DNA of 51,489 nucleotides, taken from positions 62,001 to 113,489 of the forward strand of contig JBNGIO010006384.1 of assembly GCA_049999805.1 (NCBI GenBank), given 5' to 3'. Positions within the stretch are counted from its first letter, which is position 1. Every line of letters starts with the position of its first letter. The notes under the pieces were generated by a model. That model saw only the letters and a list, made by a program, of their open reading frames with translations. It had not been told where the DNA came from and made no database searches. Origin of the DNA: Folioceros fuciformis (Eukaryota). The translations under genes and the position numbers were made by a program. Shown here in pieces: positions 1 to 11,177 of this stretch.

Positions 1-771
1 TGCAGTAAACGGCTATGGCACTCCAATTCTCTCCCACTCCACTTCGCTCCACTCCAGCCCACCGCCCACCTGGGTCCCCACACCTGGCCGCACGCTCCGG
101 GCCCTGTCTGGTCTCCCAAGCCCCGGCCCCCCTGGGCCAGCAATCGTGAGACACCAGCTTTCACCCCAGCACGAGTGCTTCTTCCTTTACTCTCTCTTCC
201 ATCTCTCTGCGTCCTGGCCTGGGCTGGGCTGGGCTGGCAACCGAGCCAGACCTGAGGGCCTTGGGCAGCAGCAGCAGCTTGCACTGCGCTCTCGGGTGCA
301 GCACTGCACACTGCAGAGGGCAGAAGCGCAGGGCTCGTTCGAATCATCATGACGATGAGGAGCGGGGCAGGCCGCTGGAGCAGCTAGGAGAGCGGGCGTG
401 ATAGATGGGCCCCAGATGGGCGAGGGCGAGCCGAGCCCCCTTCTCTCTAACCATGGCTGGCCCAGCTTCTGCTCCTTCTCCTTCTGCCAGTGCTGTTGCC
501 GCGGTTGCCCCCCACCGTCCCCCGCTCCCCGTACGTCCTTATCTATACCTCCCCCCCATTCCTCCACCCCGCCAGTGCCGAGCTCCACGCCTCAACACCA
601 CAGCTGGTCGCTCACCTCCTGCGCCTCCCCGCTCAGCCTCCCTCACCTTCCTCTTCCTCGCTCGCACGCAGCTCCGCCCGCAATTCGGTGTCATCTGTCT
701 CGGCTGTCTCACTGCTGGGTCGTGAAGAAAGCAGTCTGTGTAGAGCCTGAGTGCGGGTGAAAGAGGTCGCT

Positions 772-2137
772 ATGGCCGCCAAGGAAAACCTGGAGGAGGG
801 ATTCGTGCAGAAGGATTACCAGGACCCGCCCCCGGCCTCGCTAGTGGACGCGGCCGAGCTCTCCTCCTGGTCCTTCTGGAGGGCCGTCATCGCCGAGTTC
901 ATCTCCACCTTCCTCTTCCTCTATATCACAATCGCCACAGTCATCGGCTACAAGACGCAGGTGAAAAACGCAGACGAACAAAACAAGTCATCAGCCGGGG
1001 TGGGCATCGAGGGCATTGCGTGGGCCTTCGGGGGCATGATCTTCGTGCTCGTCTACAACACCGCTGGAATCTCAGGTAGGAACAACTACCCAACAACCCT
1101 TTGACATTACGGCCATGGCCTGGCTGCATTCCGACAGCTAGCATTCCGCCACCCGCATGGCACATTGCTCCTCCATGGAGTGTCTCTTCCTCCACGGAAT
1201 GTCTGGGGTGCTCGTCAGCAGCATCAGTTTGTGGAAAGCAGAGCCACCGGCGACGACAGCTCAGCGTGGTGCACGTGACCACATTGCTCATGCTGGATGC
1301 TTCGTGCTGCTGGTGTGCAGGAGGACACATCAACCCGGCAGTCACGTTCGGCCTCTTCCTCGCCCGCAAGGTTTCTCTGCCTCGCGCCGTCCTCTACATC
1401 ATCGCCCAGAGCCTGGGCGCCATATCCGGCGCAGGGCTCGTCAAGGCCTGGCAGACGGAGCGCTTCAACGAGTTCGAGGGAGGAGCCAACCGGGTTGCGC
1501 ATGGATACACAATCGGCACGGGCTTGGGAGCTGAGATCGTAGGCACCTTCGTCCTCGTCTACACCGTCTTCTCCGCCACCGACCCCAAGAGGAACGCTCG
1601 CGACTCCCACGTCCCGGTACGCCCTCACGTCGCCATTGCCACGAGTCCTGCACCCACTTCCTCTCACCACGCCCACTCACTCACCCCCTCTTTCTGATGT
1701 TGTACTCCTCCTTCCCAACGTTTTCGCCTCTCGTGCTTCTTCTCCCTGATATGGTGTTCCGGCCTTCCTCCTCCATCCAGGTTCTGGCTCCCCTTCCCAT
1801 CGGATTCGCAGTCTTCATCGTCCACCTTGCCACCATCCCCATCACCGGGACTGGCATCAACCCAGCCCGTAGCCTGGGCTCCGCTGTCATCATCAACCGT
1901 GACGAAATCTGGGACGATCACGTAAGCTAGCTGCTCTCCCCAAGTTGCGTTGCAGCGTGCAAGCCCTGTGGGTCTCTGCAATTCCAGCTCTACAGCTCAC
2001 ACCTTCGTGTTTGCATGCAGTGGATCTTTTGGGTGGGCCCGTTCATCGGAGCGGCATTGGCAGCGGCATATCATCTGGGCGTGCTGCGGGGGCAGACCCT
2101 CAAGGCACTGGGCTCCTTCCGCAGCAACGTAGTATAG
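772..2137 (+). CDS. PIP2: Plasma membrane intrinsic protein (PIP2-type aquaporin); exons 772-1075, 1321-1616, 1781-1921, 2021-2137
   Basis: Spliced translation has [17 protein letters not shown] and GINPARS (two NPA motifs), the loop-D motif [18 protein letters not shown] and the PIP2-like tail ALGSFRSN. Three GT-AG introns sit at the usual PIP positions. Confidence 0.96.
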
Positions 2138-3823
2138 GGAGCGGCAGCGCCCGGCGAGTATGTGTGACTCGAGCTCTTCTCATGCCGAGCTTTCAGTTCT
2201 TGCGAGCGTAACTTCAGTGCTCCTCATCGATATCGACTGAGTCCACATTGATCACCACCAGCTGCTCCAGCCAGGCCTGGGTGCCTCGCCTCCGAGTTGC
2301 TTCACCTCGGATGAGATCGCCCGAGCTCGTAGCCTCAAGCTTTCCTTAGCATGCATGTGTTTTAACATTATTATGATCTTGGATGTTGCTTCTTCTTCTT
2401 CTTTTCTTCCGTCTTCTTGATCTTGAAGCTGATTCTGCACTACGTGAAGGCCGGCTATACATAATACTACTACTGTTACAGCTGGTGTCTGGGGGAGGAA
2501 GGATGTCTTGCTGCTTGTATGTACCGAGGCCTCGGTCCTGGTGGGAGCAGGCCAGTACAATATGTTGATAGTACAGTCGTGCTAGCTCCATCATCCCAGC
2601 ATTGTAGAGTATGAACTCAAATACGGACAGAGATTTCAATAACCGCTGCCTAGTTAGAACAAAGTTCCATCCTTCCCTTTCTTTTCCCTCTGCTGTATCA
2701 ATTCAATCAAGCGTGCAATGCAAGCAAGCAGGTTCTGTTGTCCACGCTTTCCTTGCTTGCTGCTTTTCCTCAACGCCATCTGTGTGCGGAGGGCCCTCAG
2801 GAAGGCAGCGGAGCGCAGCACCTGTTTTGCAGCTGGATATATTGCAGTAGCAGCCCGAGAGGTTGATTTCATGACTGTACTCTTGTGTCTGGTTGTATTC
2901 ATGTGCGAGTACTCGGTCGGTGCATTCTTCGCTTCCTGTGTGTAGCCATGTATGTAGACCGTAACACCGTGCCAGTGTGCTATGTGAAATTTCCTCCCCA
3001 GGCCAACCATTGTCTCGTTCTTCTCCGTGTAATAACATGATGCTAGCAGGCTTCCGCGTCTGTCCTCTAGGACTTTCTTTGTCACATGCAGTCCGGGCTG
3101 TGAAGGTTAGGCCTTGTGGGCACTGCGGATGCAATTCCTGAATGCAACCACGTGCACCCCGCATCTCCGTCGCATCATCCCCGAATGTTATGCCAGGAGA
3201 ACGTTCATCCAAGGTTGCCTGCGTCTGTCCTGACGATTTCCAGCGTTTGCTATTTGCTCCTCTTGTCCGCAACGCAACTGGTGATGTCAGACGCCAGACC
3301 GGACCGGCTTTGGGCCAGGGTTGTTTTTTCTGGCACCTCCTCATGCATTTGCTGGCGTGTTCCAGAACCTGCTCTGATGGAAAAACCTGACGCTCAGACA
3401 CGCTACCGGAATATGAGACGCAACTGCAGTGATCCCCGGCTTTTATTAGCACTGCGCAATACAAACAACCACTGCTCTTCCTGGCATGTCCGAGAGCACC
3501 TCCTTCGTGCTTGCAAGCTTATGACTGTCCGTTTTTACACCTGTCAGCCCGTGGGCACATTGGCGTGGCCAAATGCAGGGCATACCTTGCCAAGCCTCAT
3601 CATCAAGCTTTGCATCCCAGTCGGGTCCCACCGATTCAGGATAAGGTCTCACAGTCATGAAAGTTCCTGCAGCAACTCCATGGCCATACCGCCAGCATGA
3701 TCGCTGATAATATCCAGAATTCCAGTGGATGCAACCGTGGGAAAACCATGTCACGAGCTGTCCACTCGCATGTTGGCATTCAATTCAACGCTGCAGCTCT
3801 GGCATCCATAACCCAAGTGCTCC

Positions 3824-3993
3824 TGACAATGTAACCACCCATCCATGTGACACTCTTGGGCTCATCTGCACCGGCTGGCCAGATGACACAATGTAACTAC
3901 CCGTCCATGTGACACATTCGGCCTCATCTGCCCCAGGTGGCCCCAGATGACCACGTAACTACCCATCCGTTTGACACAACCGGGCTCATCTGC
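3824..3993. repeat. Degenerate tandem repeat, about 60-64 bp x ~2.8 copies, with an internal TCATCTG...CAGATGA inverted repeat
   Basis: Units start at TGAC 3824, 3884 and 3948 and share GTAAC(C/T)ACCC(A/G)TCC...TGACAC...CTCATCTGC. Confidence 0.8.
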
Positions 3994-5780
3994 AAACGGT
4001 TGTCCAGAGCTTGCTTTTCCCAGACATCTAGATATGTATTGATGTACAGTCTGTATATGTATCTGCATCTTCCGTTGAAATCTCGAGAGTCCAGAGTTTG
4101 CCAAGAGGTGTCCAGCACTGTAAATCACACCCACTGCCATCCCTTCCTCGACAGCTCTTTATGCCAGCAGACCGTGTCCCTGCCAAAGCTGGAAGAACGG
4201 ACCCTGAAGCTCAATCAGCGGGGCATGCCAAAACCAATGCAGGCCCGGAATTCGAACACAATCGATGGGAAACTGATATTTGATCTAAGTGTGTCAGTAC
4301 ATCGAATTCCACGAGACTTACAGGCTCTTCATTGTTGTGAGTTTCAGAAAGTAGAGATTGGCAACGGTCATGAATTGCCGAGTGGTCAAGAAATCTTGCT
4401 TCCATTACCACGTGTTTACAGGCAGCAACAGACATCACCAGCTGAGGAAACAGTTACAAGCAGAAGACACCAGGTACAGATGGAACGCATATCATGTAAA
4501 GCATGCAGCCAGATGTTCTCACCAGCTACAACTATACACCACTTCACGTAGAAAGACTTCCTCCAGTTCAGCCTGAGCTGGAAGCTCAGCACACACAGGC
4601 TCCACTGTCGGATGCGAGAAAGACCGTCGACATAAAAAATGTAGGCAGGTGCCTCAGATCTCCGACAAGAATGCAGTCCGGCTTCACAGTATCGGAAACT
4701 TGGCAATCGTCCTCTGAGCAATGAACTACGAAGCAGCAGCGAAGAAAAACGTTGGAAGCCGATCGTCCGGGACGCAGCACCTGTCTGCTGCACAATTGCG
4801 ACTCTTGTAACATCTGTACAATCGATGCTGCATGTAGAACTGGGATTGGGTTCAGGTGATTCTCAGCTTGATCGCAACTGCAGTCTGCAAAACTGAACCT
4901 GCACGTGTACTGGGATCATTGATGTACCTGTGGCTGCTGCCTTAGCTAACGTGCATGCATGTATGCCGAGCTGCAAGAGCTAGACAAAATCATTCGAGCG
5001 ACTTTGACCGAATCTTCCTGCCTTCCACATCCCCGCCCACAACTCCCGTGTGCGGCGAGTCTGCTTTGGGAGCAAATTTATGGGTAGGACCTTCGTACGG
5101 CTCGGTGGTGCGTGGAGCTGTGGGCACTTTCGATCCTCTCGTCATCTGAGACAGGATGTAAGTGAGAGGTTCCATCTTGGAGGCGAACGGCTCGTGTGTG
5201 CACAGAAACCAGGTCACACCTGAACGCAAAAGAAGGAATCAGGCAAGATTTAATCACACTGGACGAGAATCCAAACCGGTGGAAATCAAAGCTCGCAGGC
5301 GGCCTCTTTTCCTCACAGATCGCACCCAAAGTCGAGACCAAAGCAAATCGGGCGACGGTACGGCCTGAGGAGCTCCTGGGGCTACCAAGATCTTTCCTGG
5401 TACCGGTCCACATGCTTCATGGCTCGGAAACTGCATCGAAGGAGATGAAATCGGCCAAGGAACAAGACGAAGACAAAGAAGCAGGGGGAACCAGGGGTAA
5501 AACACGCGCGTCCCGCACAGCCAGCCCCGTAATTTTGCGGGTTCCGCACTCCTGCTGCTGACAAGTAAGCAGACAGCCAGACGAGCCGTAACGCATACGC
5601 ATTTGCACAGTAAAGGAGTGACCTCTCGTTACGTTAGGTTACGTTGTCCTTAGAGAGTGATCTCGTTATGTTAGGTTAGGGTTGCATTGAGAGAGTGATT
5701 GCGATCTCGATCGCTCAGACGTTGGATGCCCTTGCTCCTTGCTGCTGCAGATTGCCTCATTGGTGCTCCAGGCCACCGAT

Positions 5781-7381
5781 ATGAGCGCTCCGAGGGCCTC
5801 ATCTGCCCTGCAGTCCCTGGCGAGGCTGGCTATTGCGCTTGGAGTAGGCGGCACGGTTGTCAATTCTGCCTTGTATACAGGTTTTCATTCCTGGTTTCCT
5901 GTTTTTGACAGTGCGGAGTTTAGTCACTGCCTTTCCGGCATCTGTGGTGCTGACATTCTTTGAATTTTTGCAGTCGATGGAGGCCACCGAGCAGTGCTGT
6001 TCGACAGATTTCGTGGAGTGTTAGATGAGACCGCAGGAGAGGGCACTCATATTCTCATTCCCTGGCTGCAGAAGCCTTACATTTTTGACATACGAACACG
6101 TCCCCGATCTATTACTTCTGTGACTGGAACCAAAGGTGTGCCTCATATTGTGCATTGAGCTCGTCTCTTCCCCCCCCTTTTTTGTCCATCGTCTGGAGGT
6201 TAGACCTAACCCAGGGTTTTTTAAAATCCCTAGATTTGCAGATGGTCAACTTGACCTTGAGAGTTCTGTCCAGACCCGATTCCGATGAGCTGCCAGGCAT
6301 TTTCAAGACATTAGGTACAGATTATGATGAGCGAGTTTTGCCCTCTATTGGAAATGAGGTGCTCAAAGCGGTGGTGGTGAGTCACGCACCTACGTGCCCG
6401 GTGTCTGTGTCGGTGCCGAGCTTCTCTGATTAGGTCAATCTTGGTGTGGCAGGCACAATTCAACGCGGATCAGCTTCTCACAGAAAGGCCATTTGTAAGT
6501 AATAACGATGCCTGGAATGTGGGATAACCATCTTGGTGTTTTTTTCTGGTTAAATTCTGAGAGTGCTACCTCCTCAGGTGTCCGCTCTCGTGCGGGAGAG
6601 CCTGATCAAAAGAGCCAAGGACTTCAACCTCTTATTGGATGACGTTGCCATTGTAAGTAGACAAAGTAACCACGGTTCATGATATGCGGTGGTGTAGGCC
6701 ACCACGTGTACTATGTTTGTTCCAGTGCAAGCTTCAGATTGCAGTACAGCAACATAGTGACCTCACCGTGCCCTTCACACAGACTCACCTTTCGTATGGA
6801 GCGGAGTTCTCAAGAGCTGTGGAGGCAAAACAAGTTGGTAAGTGTGTACAGAGATTCAACGTGTTTGTGGCCGCCACAAACTGTTCATAACTCTTATCTC
6901 CCTTGTTGCTGCAGCACCTTCCTGGTTGTTGTTCTTGGGCGCATCCACATTGAGTTGCTGATATCCTCTGTTGGCTGACCGTACCTTAATTTGGCTTTCC
7001 ACAGCTCAACAGGAGGCTGAAAGGTCAAAATTTGTGGTTGCAAAGGCTGAACAGGAAAGAAGAGCAGCTATCATTCGTGCTGAGGGGGAGAGTGAAGCTG
7101 CCAAGCTCGTATCCTAAGATTCTTACCATGGAACATGGGATGGCGATTTTTGTGTCTCTAGTACCTCATTCGTAACACCGTTGGAGGTCCTTGACTTTTT
7201 TTTCTTGTCACAGATCTCCGAAGCTACTGCAAATGCAGGTACTGGCCTAATCGAACTGAGACGGATAGAAGCTTCCAGGGAGATCGCCGCAACTTTGGCA
7301 AAGAGTCGCAATGTCGTATATCTGCCCTCTGGAAACAACATGTTGCTGGGTATCAATCCGAACATGGGAAACAGCGCTTGA
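5781..7381 (+). CDS. PHB3: Mitochondrial prohibitin, type I (PHB3/4-like); 8 exons: 5781-5880, 5974-6136, 6233-6376, 6453-6494, 6578-6652, 6783-6837, 7005-7108, 7214-7381
   Basis: Spliced product contains [78 protein letters not shown] and [15 protein letters not shown] (band-7/PHB domain). Confidence 0.95.
7109..7213 (+). other. U12-type (minor spliceosome) GT-AG intron in the prohibitin gene
   Basis: Donor GTATCCTAA and branch point TCCTTGAC at 7188-7195. Removing it restores AAKL|ISEAT in frame. Confidence 0.8.
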
Positions 7382-9485
7382 GCTTTGAGACGGGTTAAAA
7401 CTTTTGAACGTGAGATTGCTCGATGTAGGATCCGCGGATTTTTTTGATTTACAGCTTCGTTCACGCCGATGGGACCCTTGATATCTATCATGAAGGCATT
7501 CCTCTGAATTTTTGAAACATACAGTGGTCTGACGCCATGTCTCCCTGCCTGATGGATTAGTTTGGGCAGGCGCCTTTACCATAACTTTTGAAGCTCATCC
7601 GATTGCGGATACATGTCGATGTGGAAGGAGCGTCAGGGTCAATGCGTGCAGGTGGACGTCTTGGCCGTCTGGATTGCGGGGATCTCTGCCAGACGCCGCC
7701 CTGCGAGCCTGAACCGGCAGACTGATGACCTGCAGAGCCCCGGTCTGCTGGTAGTTGGTCTGTCTATTACCACCTAATATGGTAATGAATAATGCAATAA
7801 ATTATGAAACGTATGAACAGGCGTAGAATTTGTTTGGCAGACATTGCTTTTATTTCAGATGAGTATAGTGTAGCCATTCCGTGATAATTTGTTCCCTTAT
7901 AATATAATATTACTTGTTTCAAGTAGAAGCTGTGTAATATATTTTATGAGTCTTACACCCTCGTAAGGTTCTTCCGGACCTCTAAATTAAGCACAGTAAA
8001 ATTCATCTAAAAATTACCTGACTCCATGTAGGCACGAGAAGACTTTATTATGATAATAGAGAAAAGATAAGATCGATAGTCTTGGAGTCAGGGCTAGTCC
8101 TCCGTGCTTCTGGTCGCCCTTCAGTTCCTTGTTCCTGCTGGTACAGATAGGGAAGATGGACTTCTTCACCTGTTCTGGGTGATGGAGTCTCCAATTACAC
8201 ATCCTGCAACTCACGCTAGCTCTCCTAATATTTTCTCCTTGGCTGGTAGCGTGGTGGGTGAGCAATTTTTGCTCGCAGATCGACCCGCACCAGGAAACAC
8301 AAATGCTCCACTACGACACGAAGATGGGTCTGGTATGGATGATGAGAGTGATACAAGGAGCAAGTAGGGTGCCTCCCGTGAAGCCACGTGGTGTGGTTCA
8401 TGTGCCTGGTGGGTGAGGGATTACCTGTTTGTCCACAGCAGGCTAGTCAAACCTGGACTAGGAAAGGGCTGGGGAGGGAAAGGGATCTTGCTATGCTGCC
8501 AATGTCGGTCGTGCATTGGAAACTGTGTGATGTAAGCGAGGAGGCCGGTGACGTTGCCTGCAGGGGAGCTGCTTCCGTGTATGGTCTGTCTTTCATACAA
8601 ATCTGGCGACCTGAGGGTCACTAAAATGGCAAAGCGTCATATCCCTTTGTCCATCTGCTACAACCACGACAGAGCTTGCTCTGCTCAGCAAGGAAAAGTG
8701 CTTAGAGAGTGTCAGTTTGACTTGACCGCTCCGCTGTACTGTGCGCGCAATAAAGGCACTTCGAGGCAGGAGTGGCCTCGGCCCCACCTCGACAGCGTGT
8801 CTTCTCCCGTCATATGAAGGATCTTCGTTTCTCCTGTGACTGCGGCGCCACCACCCCTGTGAGACTGTGAGAGGTTACCCGGAAACACGGCCAGACGTTC
8901 CAATGCAAGGACACAAAGGCGAGCAAACGGAACCCAGCGACTCGGCAGAGACAGGAGGGAAGGAAGGGCAAGTGAACAGCAACTGGGTGTGAAAATGTGG
9001 ACAATGTGTCCTCTCCAGCATGAGGAGGAAAAAATTGGAGTCACGGACATACAATATATACAGGAGTTACCTAAGTAGTTCAGATTCTGCAGCCTAACAA
9101 AACTGAATCTGACGATCCTAGTAGAGGAGGGGGAAGGAAATGGAAAGGATCTACAGTGACCTGCTGCTGCTACGCCGCTATGGTAAGATGTCCACTTCGC
9201 TGCCTACTACTCTCACAGGACTCAGGGGACTCCACGTACACGACATCCCTGGGGCCTGGCAGATAGAAAATGTTATGTGCCAACTTGCCCACCACCCACC
9301 TACATGCTTAATCGAGCACCAGTATCCCAAGGAATTGAAAGGAAGTGTGTGTGGCACTATCCCACCTCCCGGTCTCAATCCCTGCATGGTCACTCACCGA
9401 CTGGGATCAGGGAATTGGAGCTCTCAATAAACTCTTCCCAGCAGTCTCATTCTCGACCACCCGCAGCCGCCGAGGCTATGGCCTG

Positions 9486-10769
9486 TCAATAGGGCCTGAT
9501 GTGAGTGAGCCCATGATCCGCGCTGCAGGGAGAATTCCTCCAAATCTCCCCCAACAACCGCATGAGAGCGGCAGCCTTGGTCTTAGTCACGGAGCTGAAA
9601 TCCGCCTGCATGAGCAGAATGAGCTTGGTGAACAATCCCGCCTCGACAGCCAGCTCCAACGCATCCCCCACCACGTTATTGTTCACGTACTCAGGCGAGA
9701 ACTGACACACAGACCACAAAGCCCCCACAGCAAACTCGGTAGCAGCCTCCGACACGGTCAACAAGGAGGTGACAAGCGCGGGAACGGCCATGGCGTGGGC
9801 GTTCACAGCAGCCCGGCCTTCCGCGCAGGAGCAGAGCAGCTCTAGCACCGCCAGCGCGCACTCTGCATTCCCCGTCCGCGACGGAGACTCCCGAATCCCA
9901 GACCCCGAGGACTGCAAAAGAAGCTCAACCAGCACAGGCACGGCCCCGGCCTCCACCGCCTTCACTCTGTTCGCCTTCACCGTGCAAACCGCAAGCAGGC
10001 ATCGCAGGCTGGTCTTGACAGCCCGCACGTACAGCTGATCCTCCTGGACGAGCCGTACCAGGCCCCGCATCACGCCCGTAGTGGATCCCACCGCCAGCTT
10101 CAGCGCGTCCGCTTGGAGCACATGCTCCAGCGCCGCTGCCGCGTTCACTCTCGCCTCCAGCCCGCCGGAATGCAAAACCCAGGCCACAACCGAGAGCGGC
10201 TTGGCCCCCGCCATGTGCCGCCTCTGCAAATCGCTCACGGAAGACGCAGGGATAGAGGCCAGCAAACCCAGCACCTCTTGGCACGTCTCGACGTCCCGAT
10301 TCCCGGACGGATCCAGCCGCGGAAGCAGGGACACGAGGAGCGGCACCAAACCCGCTTCCAGGATGCACCTCCTGTTCTTCTCCGAGTCCTTGAAGAGCAG
10401 TCGCAGCTTCCTGAGGGCCTCCAGCCTGGGCCCCGGGATTCCCGAGCCCGCGTCTTCCAGCAAAGGGCGCAGCATGGCGGGCGTGACCGGAGGTCGCGGA
10501 GTCGGGATCCTCTCCACTCCCTTGGAGCGGTTCGCAACGCACCAGTCCTGGATGAGCCGCCGCAGCGTGTGGTTGGGGACCAGCTCGGAATTCGCCAGAA
10601 CCTGCATTGTGGCGGGACATGTGACGTTGCCGTCGTCCAGCCACTTCTCGATGCTCGCTCGGTCGTAGGTCATGCCCGTGCACAGGCTCACGGGGTCCTT
10701 CATCAAGTCCAGCGAGATCGGGCACCGGAAGAAGGACGGCACCACCACCTCCAGCACCGAAGGCGCCAT
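9486..10769 (-). CDS. Plant U-box/ARM-repeat E3 ubiquitin ligase (CMPG1/PUB20-21-like), intronless, 427 aa
   Basis: N-terminal U-box VPSFFRCPISLDLMKDPVSLCTGMTYDRASIEKW...CPAT...PNHTLRRLIQDWC, then GVERIPTP and ARM repeats (AVEAGAVPVLVELL, CSCAEGRAAV). Confidence 0.93.
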   Translation of the reverse strand: MAPSVLEVVVPSFFRCPISLDLMKDPVSLCTGMTYDRASIEKWLDDGNVTCPATMQVLANSELVPNHTLRRLIQDWCVANRSKGVERIPTPRPPVTPAMLRPLLEDAGSGIPGPRLEALRKLRLLFKDSEKNRRCILEAGLVPLLVSLLPRLDPSGNRDVETCQEVLGLLASIPASSVSDLQRRHMAGAKPLSVVAWVLHSGGLEARVNAAAALEHVLQADALKLAVGSTTGVMRGLVRLVQEDQLYVRAVKTSLRCLLAVCTVKANRVKAVEAGAVPVLVELLLQSSGSGIRESPSRTGNAECALAVLELLCSCAEGRAAVNAHAMAVPALVTSLLTVSEAATEFAVGALWSVCQFSPEYVNNNVVGDALELAVEAGLFTKLILLMQADFSSVTKTKAAALMRLLGEIWRNSPCSADHGLTHIRPY

Positions 10770-11129
10770 CTGTTGTCGATCAATTCCTCAGCTCCAGATC
10801 CCTCCCGAATCACCACCACGTCTCCTTCCTCTCACTCCTCCTCGGTCTCACAATTCTCTCGATCCCTCACCACCTTCAGTCTCCCAATACAGTACTCCGA
10901 CACCCCTGTTCCACCGACGCTTCGTCAATTTCACGACACCCTATTCCGCTTCCTGAACACCACCTCACCCGCGTCGACCTTCTTCTCATAAACAACGACA
11001 AGAGCAACAGCGATGGCCAGAGCCTGCATTTGGGACGAGCCGGTCTGGTCTGGTCTGGTCTCGCCTGATCGGATCTGTGCGCGCTGCTGTGCGCTCTCTT
11101 TCTTGCTGAATGCTCCAGGCGCAAGGCTC

Positions 11130-11177
11130 TAAATACCAGCACAAACTCCAGGGCAGTCAAAAGCGCGTACCGGTCAA
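11130..11177 (-). promoter_or_regulatory. Two W-boxes (TTGACC, TTGACT) flanking a CGCG box, just upstream of a TATA-like TATTTA of the U-box gene
   Basis: Minus strand reads TTGACCggtACGCGCttTTGACT (11177-11155), with TATTTA at 11135-11130. Confidence 0.5.

Noticed and set aside
3824-3993. CRISPR-like repeat/spacer appearance
   Set aside because: Eukaryotic context, degenerate units, no unique spacers of CRISPR length and no cas genes. Kept only as a tandem repeat.
7713-7752. 12-bp GU-containing hairpin with TGATGA (snoRNA box C-like) downstream of prohibitin
   Set aside because: No matching box D at a suitable distance, too short for a pre-miRNA, and compatible with chance.
9345-10991. Long overlapping and antisense ORFs over the U-box gene (likewise over RUVBL1, the PPR gene, GT61 and the LecRK)
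   Set aside because: Shadow ORFs expected from GC-rich coding sequence, with no recognisable domains.
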